NCBI GenBank assembly: GCA_950097015.1
Contig: CATNEN010000032.1
Coordinates: 2,480,001 to 2,544,000 of the forward strand
DNA length: 64,000 nt
From: Macrostomum hystrix
Taxonomy: Eukaryota > Animalia > Platyhelminthes
Direction: 5' to 3'
Numbering within the stretch: the first letter of the stretch is position 1; each line of letters starts with the position of its first letter. A program made the translations under genes and the position numbers. Below the pieces are notes generated by a model. It saw only the letters and a program-made list of their open reading frames with translations, was not told the origin of the DNA and searched no databases. This document shows positions 20,830 to 31,569 of the stretch, one piece after another.

Positions 20830-21306
20830 TTAATCTCCGCGAGGCGGCACCACAACCACTGGGCGCCGACTGTGCGAGATGACGAACTCGCTAACAGATC
20901 CCAAAATAGTGCGCCTGATGGTGCCCAAGCCTCTGGTTCCCATAACAACCATATTAGCTTTCTCCTCGGTCGAGGCGTCAACAACGGCGGAGCCAGTGTC
21001 GAAAGCGTCGACGAAACGCCAGCGACAATTCATGCCGTACTTCTGGCACTGGGCCAGCATGCACTTTTCTAGGTTTGAGACGCGCCTACGCAGCGACTCA
21101 GCGGCCCTGTCCATGTCGCTAGGCGAGGCTGGCACACCTGTAGGCCCGGCCAGGTAGGCTGGCAGGCAGGCGGAATGAAATAGAACTACTTCATCACCCG
21201 GGGAAGCCAGGTTAGTGCGGTACCAATCGAATGCGTGCTGGCTGTGCTGCGAGCCGTCAACTGCGATCAACACCTTCTGAGCTGGTTTGGAGCCGCCGCC
21301 ACCCAT
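20830..21306 (-). CDS. Universal stress protein A-like (158 aa), intronless
   Basis: KVLIAVDGSQHSQHAFDWY, VVLFH, VVMGTRGLGTIRRTILGSVSEFVISHSRRPVVVVP (canonical USP ATP-binding G-x2-G-x9-GS motif). Confidence 0.93.
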   Translation of the reverse strand: MGGGGSKPAQKVLIAVDGSQHSQHAFDWYRTNLASPGDEVVLFHSACLPAYLAGPTGVPASPSDMDRAAESLRRRVSNLEKCMLAQCQKYGMNCRWRFVDAFDTGSAVVDASTEEKANMVVMGTRGLGTIRRTILGSVSEFVISHSRRPVVVVPPRGD

Positions 21307-21810
21307 TTTGAGCACAACTTCAGGTGCTGCGCTGACAAATTTAATAACAGTTTCTGAACTTTAACTGAAGACAATATGCTTGACCTTGACAAATATTTCC
21401 TTTGCTCTCAAAACATATATCGATTCATATCTTAGTTGATAATTGTTTAATCTACCATTTCAGCATACATATTGTTCCTCAAAATGCTAGGCTGCCCTAA
21501 AACTATATACTCTATAATAATAAATAAAGATTTAATAAAAAAGCTTATATTAATTCCTAAATATGTTTACACCATAAAAATTGATTCATTAGACTTGTAT
21601 TTTCTGAAGTCCATAAAAATGCTACCAAGGCAAATAGCCATGCTTTTATTTGTTTGTTATATGTTGTCAAATTAGTCAAATTCTATTTAAATCCTTATAA
21701 TATTGGTAGAGCACCTTACTTAAAAATAAAACGAAAGTAGGATCTGGAACAAAAATAATGAATGAATGAGTCAGTGGACAGAAAGCAGCCTGCCCCTAGA
21801 GGAGCTTAAG

Positions 21811-22040
21811 TCATACATGCGCAACCTCCCAAATCTTAGCCGGCCATGCGACTTAGTTTGCTCTCATTTGCTCTCTTTTTCTCTCCCCTTTTTCCTTTTC
21901 TTCACGCCTTCCTTTTTTGTCCCTTGGTCCCCCCTTTGATTTTTTTGCACTTAGTTGATTGGTTTTTGTGACTTACTTTGCTTGGCCCTCATTTCACCCT
22001 GCCAGTTTGGCCAGGTCGGCCAGGTGTTGCGCATGTATGA
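21811..22040. mobile_element. MITE-like element with 15-bp TIR (TCATACATGCGCAAC)
   Basis: 21811-21825 is the perfect reverse complement of 22026-22040. No TSD is recognisable. Confidence 0.6.
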
Positions 22041-22673
22041 TTCAATTGATATTCAAGTTAGGGTACTTCTCACACAACCAAAATGACCAAATAAACCAAA
22101 TTACATTTCTTTAATGGGTAAAAACTATAGACATTTGTGGTGATTTGATAACAAGAAAGTATTTACTATAGCTCAGGAAATACTTTCATCTCAGCAATAG
22201 GAATCAGTGGAATGTGCATAATTGTCTACTTGTTAGAGGTCTATTGTCACAAAATTATGTTCCAATCAATGTCCAGATCTAGCCTATAAAAAGATTAATA
22301 TTAACAATTGTCTCTTTAGCATAAAAAAGTAATAATATTCTTCATGCTGATATTTTGATATAAGGACAATTTGGTAACATACATTTTGGTAAAATTTTGA
22401 TAATGTTCATTTTATATAACTTTATAAAAGTTATTTCATGAAAGACAGTTGCTATTATTCTTCTTTTGTTCTCTTCTAGCCTTTCTATGCATATATCACT
22501 AAATAAAACTGGTACTCAAGTTTAAGACAACAATGTTCCAAGAATGAAGCATTGGACAAGTGCTAAAGACTTTCTGCTATTGTACAAATGGAAAAAGAAG
22601 GTTTGCTACAGCTACCAAAGCTTGAACTGCTTGTAGGCTAAAACTTGCCGACCAAGCACAATTAGCAATGTAT

Positions 22674-22986
22674 GGTCCCAGGTCATTTCGGTGACAACTC
22701 AAGTCGTTTCGGTGACAGAATTGGTCAGTTCGGTGACAACTATTCTTGCACCTGAATATTCTTAGAAAACAGCCTTCCATATGAACTAATTATTATTATT
22801 CATCATTATTTAATAATACTTATTAGGTGTGCATAGTTCACATGGAAGGCTGTTTTCTAAGCACATGGAACTGGAAGGCTGTTTCCTAAGCATATTCAGG
22901 TGCAAGAATAGTTGTCACCGAACTGACCCATTTTGTCACCGAAACGATGTCACCAAAATGTCTTGTCACCGAAATGACCTGGGACC
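22674..22986. mobile_element. 313-bp foldback MITE with 8-bp TSD
   Basis: 24-bp perfect TIR GGTCCCAGGTCATTTCGGTGACAA, imperfect arms of about 120 bp with TTCGGTGACA subrepeats, and TSD CAATGTAT at 22666-22673 and 22987-22994. Confidence 0.9.
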
Positions 22987-25242
22987 CAATGTATCCATAA
23001 TAAACTTTGGACTTCAACTTTGTTGTTCAGAAGTACTACCCAACAACTTCCTCAAACAAAAAGTTTGTGTCTATGAATATTGTTACTTTATTTTTGCCAG
23101 AGACCCAAATATGTGTCTACAAGTATAGCCACAACAAATTCTTGTAATGACATTTCTCTTGTGTTTGTAGTCACATTTAGAAAGAGCAGAAAACACTACT
23201 AGCACATCCTCTAGGCTATCAAGGACATACCTGAGTGTCAGGTAAACTGTATTATGCTTGACTTTGAGGTGGCAATGTGACTACAGAATAGGCTGTTTTC
23301 CCAAATTTAAAGCTACATAAATACAGCAAGCCATTTTGTTACATATTCAATATATTGGTCATCAGATTGCTAATGCTAAATCTCAGAACAAAACTGCCAC
23401 CAACTCATGTTAGTTTCATTTCTGCCAGACCAACATATTAACCAGCAGTTTATGAAGCTGAACCAGGCCATGTAAATTAGCAGCTGCTGCAGCTGTACAT
23501 TGCTGACACTGACACATGGCTTACTAGCAGCATCAAATTGTCAACTAGGCCTAGCAGGACAATAACCAATAGGCTAGGCTAGCAAATAGGCCTGATTAAT
23601 AAAGTGTTGAAAATAAAGTGTCCAGGACCAGAATTTTTAATCATATTTATTGGCTGAGTAGACCAAGCTCAATAGGGCCTATCTTATTTATGATATGTAA
23701 TTGTTAATCACTACTTACTTAGTTTCTACCATTTAAATATTAAAGCTGGGCATTATTAGTGCTTTATCAGGGGACAGGTGGGTTGTTTATAAAATATAAA
23801 AACTTCTAGAATAGTTTTTCATAGTTTGACATTGATAAGCCCTTAAATTCCAAAACAACTAGTTACCTGTATTGTAAACACAAAATAACAAGTTTTTTGT
23901 GAAAACCTTTTAATATAAAACGTAGACGACGACAAAAAGAGAACAAACTAGACACATTAAATAACTATTACAGATCATTTCGCTGCACCCCAATGTCATC
24001 TTAATAATGGCTTAGATCGCTTAGATTACAACTTCCAACATCTTCCAACTTTTTCATCTTCCAACAACCGCTGGTCTTCAGAAAATTTTCATAGAACCAT
24101 CGTGTTTAAACTAAGAAATTAATTAAAACAATCGTCATGTATCATTTGCGCCTTTCGACCCCTTTACAATATAAAATGTATCCAAGGAAACAAACATTTT
24201 GCGTTTAATTTCTTTATAATATAAAAAGGCTAAATATTTGTTATGAATGTGACACCAAAGTTTTTAGTGACACGCAAGTTCGATCAACCATTAATTTTGT
24301 ATTTTTACAATACTGAAGGCCCTGTGCAAGGGTGAAGAAGGAGCAGAAAATCGTGCTATAAATACGTGCACTCCACAGAAAAGAAGGAAATTCTTGAAGT
24401 TTAATTTTTTAATGATTCCTTGTTGGAAGAAGCACTTCGTTTTGCATTATTACCCGCACTAGCCTACTGTAGAGTTGAGCAGTAAGATAATGAAAATATT
24501 CCATATTTGTCAATAAAATTTTCGTAAGCTGCGTGAAAAAGTGCAACCGATGATGAATTCAATTTATATTTTCTTTTAGAAAGCCCTCTATATTTATATT
24601 TATTTCTCGTGGCAAAATTCAAGAAGTCCATATGAACAGAATTGATACTATACGAGCGTATAGTAGTTTGTGATTTGCAGTAAGCATTCATTTTGCACCG
24701 GTCTTTATGCAACCATCTTTTTTACTGCAGATACCTATACCCTCCTAATTACTTCCTTGCAAAAGTAACTTTTGTATCACTGCTCAAGGCACGGTTCGAT
24801 GATCAATTAAGAAAGTAAAGAACGCACTGCATAGTAATTTTCCTACGGTGCATCCTCTAATTCCTACGGTGATTCCCTGGCTATTAAATTGCAACTATAT
24901 ACAAACCCGCGGTGTCATGTTGCCAACATAGTAAGTGAAATTGCGAAACCTAATAGCCAGTAGTCATCTAGGCTAAGGCTACAGGTAAGTAGAATTAAGT
25001 TCGATGAGCAATTAGAGGCTGGTATTTGAGTAGACTCAGATTTTTTACTTCAAAATCAATTAAAACCAGATGGTTTATCTTCATCAGACCGGATAAGTTT
25101 ATAGCGAGGGGAGGGCAAAGTACAGTTTTTCCAACGATCTATGAAAAAAACGCATAGAGAACGCACAGGCGCAGAGAACGCGCGCAGAAGTCAAGAACGA
25201 ATTTAAAGTGCAGCCGCCGCTTGCGCTCGAGGCACAGCACAC

Positions 25243-25333
25243 TTTTTATATAATTCCTTTAACACTAAAATGACCGACTTTGTCTGGCTTTCGCTGCCGT
25301 CATCAAGGTTCCATTGGCTTCATTGCACACGTG
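25243..25333 (-). promoter_or_regulatory. Candidate Pol II core promoter (TATA, CCAAT, E-box) facing the gene cluster
   Basis: TATATAAAAAG at 25252-25242, CCAAT at 25317-25313, TGACG at 25302-25298, CACGTG at 25328-25333. Confidence 0.3.
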
Positions 25334-26140
25334 AACTAGTTTTTTTAATGAGGAGGTGACGACGGCGGCAAGTGCGCAAATGAATTGGTGGAGAGTCGGG
25401 CAGCTACATCTCGCAGCTTCATCTCGGCCTATAGTGTGCTATATGGCATGCCGCGTGCATTAAAGGCGGCACATAAGTGTACCAAAAAGCTTGAGGGCAT
25501 GGTCGTTGGGGAGGGCAGAACGGGAAGCAACTGTTGCGATTTCAGTCTGTGGTGTTCGTTTTGCGACAGTGCCGTGGGAGCCAAGCACTACGGTCGATCT
25601 CTTTCTGTCTGGCCGCATGTCTGTGTGCCGTGTGGTGCACTGCAGTTTGCCAGACAGAAACTAACGGCCCGCTTCTCTGAGGTCAAGTCGGCTGGGCGGT
25701 CTGCGTGTCCTTTTAGCCGTCTCTTTATTCCCTGTTCTACATCTGAGACTCCAAGCAATAGTTCGGCTCTCCTAATCCTAAATCCCACCGTTCGACTTAG
25801 CTCCCGTCAGAGTACTCTTCTTCCTTTCTTTTTCGTTTCCATCCCCTTTCTGCCAATGCCCGCTCTTCTCCTCAGTGCAAAGGCCAGACTAGAGCCACTC
25901 GATTTCCCAAACGAATAGCTGAACTCTTACCCAATATACGTATATATGGCATACATATTCTCTAGAGCATAGCAATGAGCACTTGTGAGTCTAGTCTACT
26001 GGTGTCGTAGCTCCTTCTCAGATCAAATATATAGTTCTGGCTGTACTTCATTCTTTTAAGTGCATTTTGTGCTAAAATAAATATAAACTCATTTTTCAGA
26101 CGATCGGATCAAACGATTCTTACAGCGGTTAGGCATCGTG

Positions 26141-26310
26141 TCACAGTTGTTAGACAAGAATGTCACAGTTGTTAGACAAGAATGTCACAGTTGTTAGACA
26201 AGAATGTCACAGTTGTTAGACAAGAATGTCACAGTTGTTAGACAAGAATGTCACAGTTGTTAGACAAGAATGTCACAGTTGTTAGACAAGAATGTCACAG
26301 TTGTTAGACG
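26141..26310. repeat. 22-bp repeat (GTCACAGTTGTTAGACAAGAAT), TGTTAGAC family
   Basis: About 7.5 identical copies. Confidence 0.95.
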
Positions 26311-26399
26311 CAGCTGCTTATCTGTTAGAGATCAATTTAGCCTTTCACGAGCGTGAACTTAAGCACAAACTTGTTAGACACAAGCTCTACATTTTGAAC

Positions 26400-27680
26400 A
26401 CTAGAATTACCTGTTAGAGACTAGAGGCATCTGTTAGACACAAGCGTTACCTGTTAGAGACTAGAGGCATCTGTTAGACACAAGAGTTACCTGTTAGACA
26501 CTAGAGTTACCTGTTAGACAATAGAGTTATCTGTTAGACAATAGAGTCGTCTGTTAGACACTAGAGTTACCTGTTAGACAATAGAGTCGTCTGTTAGACA
26601 CGAGAGTTACCTGTTAGACAATAGAGTCGTCTGTTAGACACGAGAGTTATCTGTTAGACAATAGAGTCGTCTGTTAGACACTCGAGTTATCTGTTAGACA
26701 ATAGAGTTACCTGTTAGACACTAGAGTCGTCTGTTAGACACTAGAGTCGTCTGTTAGACACTAGAGTTACCTGTTAGAGACTAGAGGCATCTGTTAGACA
26801 CAAGAGTTACCTGTTAGACACTAGAGTTACCTGTTAGACAATAGAGTTATCTGTTAGACAATAGAGTCGTCTGTTAGACACTAGAGTTACCTGTTAGACA
26901 ATAGAGTCGTCTGTTAGACACTAGAGTTACCTGTTAGACAATAGAGTCGTCTGTTAGACACGAGAGTTACCTGTTAGACAATAGAGTCGTCTGTTAGACA
27001 CGAGAGTTACCTGTTAGACAATAGAGTCGTCTGTTAGACACTCGAGTTATCTGTTAGGCAATAGAGTTACCTGTTAGACACTAGAGTCGTCTGTTAGACA
27101 CTAGAGTCGTCTGTTAGACACTAGAGTTACCTGTTAGAGACTAGAGGCATCTGTTAGACACAAGAGTTACCTGTTAGACACTAGAGTTATCTGTTAGACA
27201 ATAGAGTCGTCTGTTAGACACTAGAGTTACCTGTTAGACAATAGAGTCGTCTGTTAGACACTAGAGTTACCTGTTAGACAATAGAGTCGTCTGTTAGACA
27301 CGAGAGTTACCTGTTAGACAATAGAGTCGTCTGTTAGACACTCGAGTTATCTGTTAGACAATAGAGTCGTCTGTTAGACACTCGAGTTATCTGTTAGACA
27401 ATAGAGTTACCTGTTAGACACTAGAGTCGTCTGTTAGACACTAGAGTCGTCTGTTAGACACTAGAGTTACCTGTTAGAGACTAGAGGCATCTGTTAGACA
27501 CAAGAGTTACCTGTTAGACAATAGAGTTACCTGTTAGACACTAGAGTCGTCTGTTAGACACTAGAGTTAACTGTTAGACAATAGAGTCGTCTGTTAGACA
27601 CTCGAGTTACCTGTTAGACAATAGAGTCGTCTGTTAGACACGAGAGTTATCTGTTAGACAATAGCGTTACCTGTTAGACA
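26400..27680. repeat. 20-bp satellite (CTGTTAGACA-CTAGAGTTAC-type), TGTTAGAC family
   Basis: About 64 monomers. The rare CTAGAGGCAT monomer recurs at 26461, 26781, 27141 and 27481. Confidence 0.97.
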
Positions 27681-28009
27681 AAAAACGAAATAACAAGAAT
27701 ATTTCGCTTTATTATGAATCGCTCCGAACCTGATGGGTCTTAAAGTACATCCCAGCTGGAGAGGGGTGGGTACTATTGTACTAAACACGCGCACACTGGG
27801 ATTCTGCAACTTTTATTTACATGCAAAAATCACAAAAAACTACTTGATCTGCTGATCTTCTAGTCAGCAAATATTCAGGCAATTAGATATTGTAAAAATG
27901 TATGTTATAGGCACAAAGTTCACTTGCACTAGAAGCAGTTAGACTTGCCATGTAAGCATTCAGTTCAGATTGTGTAACTTTATCTGGCGTTTGGTTATTT
28001 TTTGCTTAC

Positions 28010-28151
28010 CATACAGAAAGGTGAAAGGTGTGCTTTGCCTTAGAGTGCTATTGCACCGACTATAATTACTCATTAGTGAGTAGGACTCACAGTTAGCTGA
28101 GACCGAAGCCTTGGAGGTGCTGAACGGAGTTTCGTCAACCTCAAAACTGTG
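28010..28151 (-). other. Orphan candidate exon (142 nt) of an unidentified gene
   Basis: Strong poly-T acceptor (TTTTTTTGTCTTTGAATTCACAG), donor G|GTAAGC, open frame HSFEVDETPF...PFTFLY. No family recognised. Confidence 0.25.
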
Positions 28152-28439
28152 CTGTGAATTCAAAGACAAAAAAATAACAAATAACTAATTGCGAGTGACG
28201 AATAATCAATTTAGATAATGCTACTACTGTTGACCTGAACACGTCAAATAAGGAAGGTTAGGCATGCGACCTTAGAAAGTTTAGACGAAGGTTGCTCAAC
28301 AAATTATTTTACGCTTGTTTGTTAGACAAACGTGGTTAGACAAGATATTTAGTTTTTTAGATACGGCTCTAGCCAGTTAGACACGATCCACCTGTACTCG
28401 TAAGTCACGATTTTGATATGTTCGACGTGTTAATAATAT

Positions 28440-28660
28440 TGATAAGAATAATTGATAACATGTGCCCCTGGGGGCGACACACCAACACTCAATTGCCGCA
28501 GCTAGTTACCCATTTAACAACCATTGGTAATCTGAAGCTATACTAAGTTACTGAGTTAAGCGTGTTGCTAAATGATACAAATTGTTGCAATGAAGTCAGG
28601 AATCGAACCCCCGACCTTTAAGTCGTAAGTTCGGCACTCTAACCACTAAGCTGCAACCCC
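28440..28660 (-). mobile_element. tRNA-derived SINE-like element / tRNA pseudogene head
   Basis: 28660-28591 on minus reads GGGGTTGCAGCTTAGTGGTTAGAGTG...GGTCGGGGGTTCGATTCC (A- and B-box), but the anticodon and acceptor stems pair poorly. The downstream body contains GTTAAATGGGTAAC, resembling SINE central-domain motifs. Confidence 0.6.
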
Positions 28661-28707
28661 CTTGCGTTGATTTGCATTGAACTTCAATATTATAGACATG
28701 AAAATTA

Positions 28708-29182
28708 TCTGTTAGACACGCTTGTAACCTGTTAGACGTGATTGTAACCTGTTAGACACGATTCTAACCTGTTAGACACGATTGTAACCTGTTAGAAACG
28801 ATTGTAAGCTGTTAGACACGACAGTAACCTGTTAGACACGATTGTAACCTGTTAGACGTGATTGTAACCTGTTAGACACTATTGTAGCCTGTTAGACACG
28901 ATTCTAACCTGTTAGGCACGATTGTAACCTGTTAGACACGATTGTAACCTGTTGGACACGATTGTAACCTGTTAGACACGATTCTAACCTGTTAGGCACG
29001 ATTGTAACCTGTTAGACACGATTTTAACCTGTTGGACACGATTGTAACCTGTTAGACACGATTGTAACCTGTTAGACACTATTGTAGCCTGTTAGACACG
29101 ATTCTAACCTGTTAGGCACGATTGTAACCTGTTAGACACGATTGTAACCTGTTGGACACGATTGTAACCTGTTAGACACGAA
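28708..29182. repeat. 20-bp satellite (CTGTTAGACACGATTGTAAC), TGTTAGAC family
   Basis: About 23 monomers. Confidence 0.96.
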
Positions 29183-29599
29183 CACAAGAAAACATTATAA
29201 TGAAAGCCAGAACACGTTTAACAAAATCCTACTTCGGGGAAACCTACTTTATGCACTCATTTATTTGAGTGCAAAATTCTCAAGCTTCCATGTCCAGGCC
29301 CCAAAATGATTGCTCTGATCATCTATAGTCTCAAAAAGAGGCCTGGGAAATGACTCGCGGCATTAGATGAGGGGACAAGAGAGGGATAAAGTAATCCTGC
29401 TGCATCACGAGGTCTTCCCGGTCTCGAGGCCCCTGGATTCTGGGAAATAATGGGCCGGCCTTTTCAGCCTCGCTTTCACTTCTCCTTTGGCTTCTGGGAA
29501 AAGAGAAGATTATATTACTTGGCTTGGCCTCACAATGACCGCATTACAGAATACAGAAAACAGCGAGATGTCGCCAAAGTACTAGGCTGCGCGGAAACC

Positions 29600-29600
<1 letters not shown>

Positions 29601-29650
<50 letters not shown>
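29601..29650. repeat. (GATA)12 microsatellite
   Basis: Direct inspection. Confidence 0.97.
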
Positions 29651-29889
29651 CTCAAAAAGAATTATCCGCGATCACTGTCGTTCTATTTTGAGCAGCGAAG
29701 CCCGCTTTCCCATTACAGAATTGGCATGCACCTGTTCCGATTCACAATTGTCCATTTTTCTAAAGAAAAAAAATTTCTTAGAAACCCTTTTCACCCGAAA
29801 TAAACATGGATACATACTTCTTATTTAAATTACTGCTGTCCTGCTTGTTTTTCAGAAAAAGAAAATGTTACCTTCATCAGACACTGATC

Positions 29890-31175
29890 CTTCGTCAGAC
29901 GCTTAACCTTTATCAAACTCTTAATCTTTATCACACCCTAACCTTCATCACACTTTTAATCTTCATCACACTCTTAACATTCGTCACAACCTTTATCTTA
30001 ATCACACTCTTAACCTTCATCACACCCTAACCTTCATCACACCCTTAACCTTCATCACACCCTTAACCTTCATCACACCCCTAACCTTCATCACACCCTT
30101 AACCTTCATCACACCCTTAACCTTCATCACACCCCTAACATTCACCACACCCTTAACCTTCATCACACCCTTAACCTTCATCACACCCCTAACATTCATC
30201 ACACCCTTAACCTTCATCACACCCTTAACATTCATCACACCCTTAACCTTCATCACACCCTTAACCTTCATCACACCCCTAACATTCATCACACCCCTAA
30301 CATTCATCACACCCTTAACCTTCATCACACCCCTAACATTCATCACACCCTTAACATTCATCACACCCCTAACATTCATCACACCCTTAACCTTCATCAC
30401 ACCCTTAACCTTCATCACACCCCTAACATTCATCACACCCCTAACATTCATCACACCCTTAACATTCATCACACCCTTAACCTTCATCACACCCTTAACC
30501 TTCATCACACCCTTAACCTTCATCACACCCTTAACCTTCATCACACCCTTAACCTTCATCACACCCTTAACCTTCATCACACCCTTAACCTTCATCACAC
30601 CCTTAACCTTCATCACACCCTTAACCTTCATCACACCCCTAACATTCACCACACCCTTAACCTTCATCACACCCCTAACATTCATCACACCCTTAACCTT
30701 CATCACACCCATAACCTTCATCACACCCTTAACCTTCATCACACCCTTAACCTTCATCACACCCCTAACATTCACCACGCCCTTAACCTTCATCACACCC
30801 CTAACATTCATCACACCCCTAACATTCATCACACCCCTAACATTCATCACACCCCTAACATTCATCACACCCTTAACATTCATCACACCCTTAACCTTCA
30901 TCACACCCTTAACCTTCATCACACCCCTAACATTCATCACACCCTTAACATTCATCACACCCCTAACATTCATCACACCCTTAACCTTCATCACACCCTT
31001 AACCTTCATCACACCCTTAACCTTCATCACACTCTTAACCTTCGTCACAACCTTTATCTTAATCACACCCTTAACCTTCATCACACCCTTAACCTTCATC
31101 ACACCCTTAACATTCATCACACCCCTAACATTCATCACACCCCTAACATTCATCACACCCTTAACCTTCATCACA
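29890..31175. repeat. 18-bp minisatellite (ACACCCTTAACCTTCATC / ACACCCCTAACATTCATC)
   Basis: 6-aa periodic ORF (VKGVMK/VRGVMN), with a degenerate left flank. Confidence 0.97.
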
Positions 31176-31569
31176 CACAAACTGAATCTCAATCTAGGAC
31201 ATCTTGCTATTTTTTGCTAGATCGTATAGTGACAAATGCATTTTCTTGAATGGTACATTTAAGATTGTAACACAAGCCCCGTGATCAGTTGGTGTCATGT
31301 ATGGTCGGGTAAATGACCGAAAAGATAAGTCTGATTCCCCGTTTTCATAAACCCAAAAATCAAAGAAAACATTAATTGTCCCCCACCCAATGCTGGACCT
31401 CATTTTCCCAGTCAAACCGTTCAGTGTCTGCTTCCAACTGGAAGCAGCAAAGCTTATATTTCCTGGACGAAAAGTGCAATCCGATCATGATTAACCACTG
31501 GTGGGGCTAATGAAACGCGAATTTGAGTGTGAGAAATACCCACCTACTTTTTGGTTGCAATTAAGGTCG

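Noticed and set aside
23870-25130. Decayed viral/transposon ORF fragments in an AT-rich stretch
   Set aside because: Short stop-interrupted frames without a motif I can assign; needs tBLASTx to say more.
25385-25918. 177-aa plus-strand ORF
   Set aside because: Non-ATG start, no domain, no splice context; probably a chance ORF in a GC-rich island.
28591-28660. Functional tRNA-Val(TAC)
   Set aside because: The anticodon stem does not pair and the acceptor stem is mostly wobble; retained only as a SINE/pseudogene head.
30020-31192. 390-aa (VKGVMK)n ORF
   Set aside because: 18-bp satellite translation with no non-repetitive domain.
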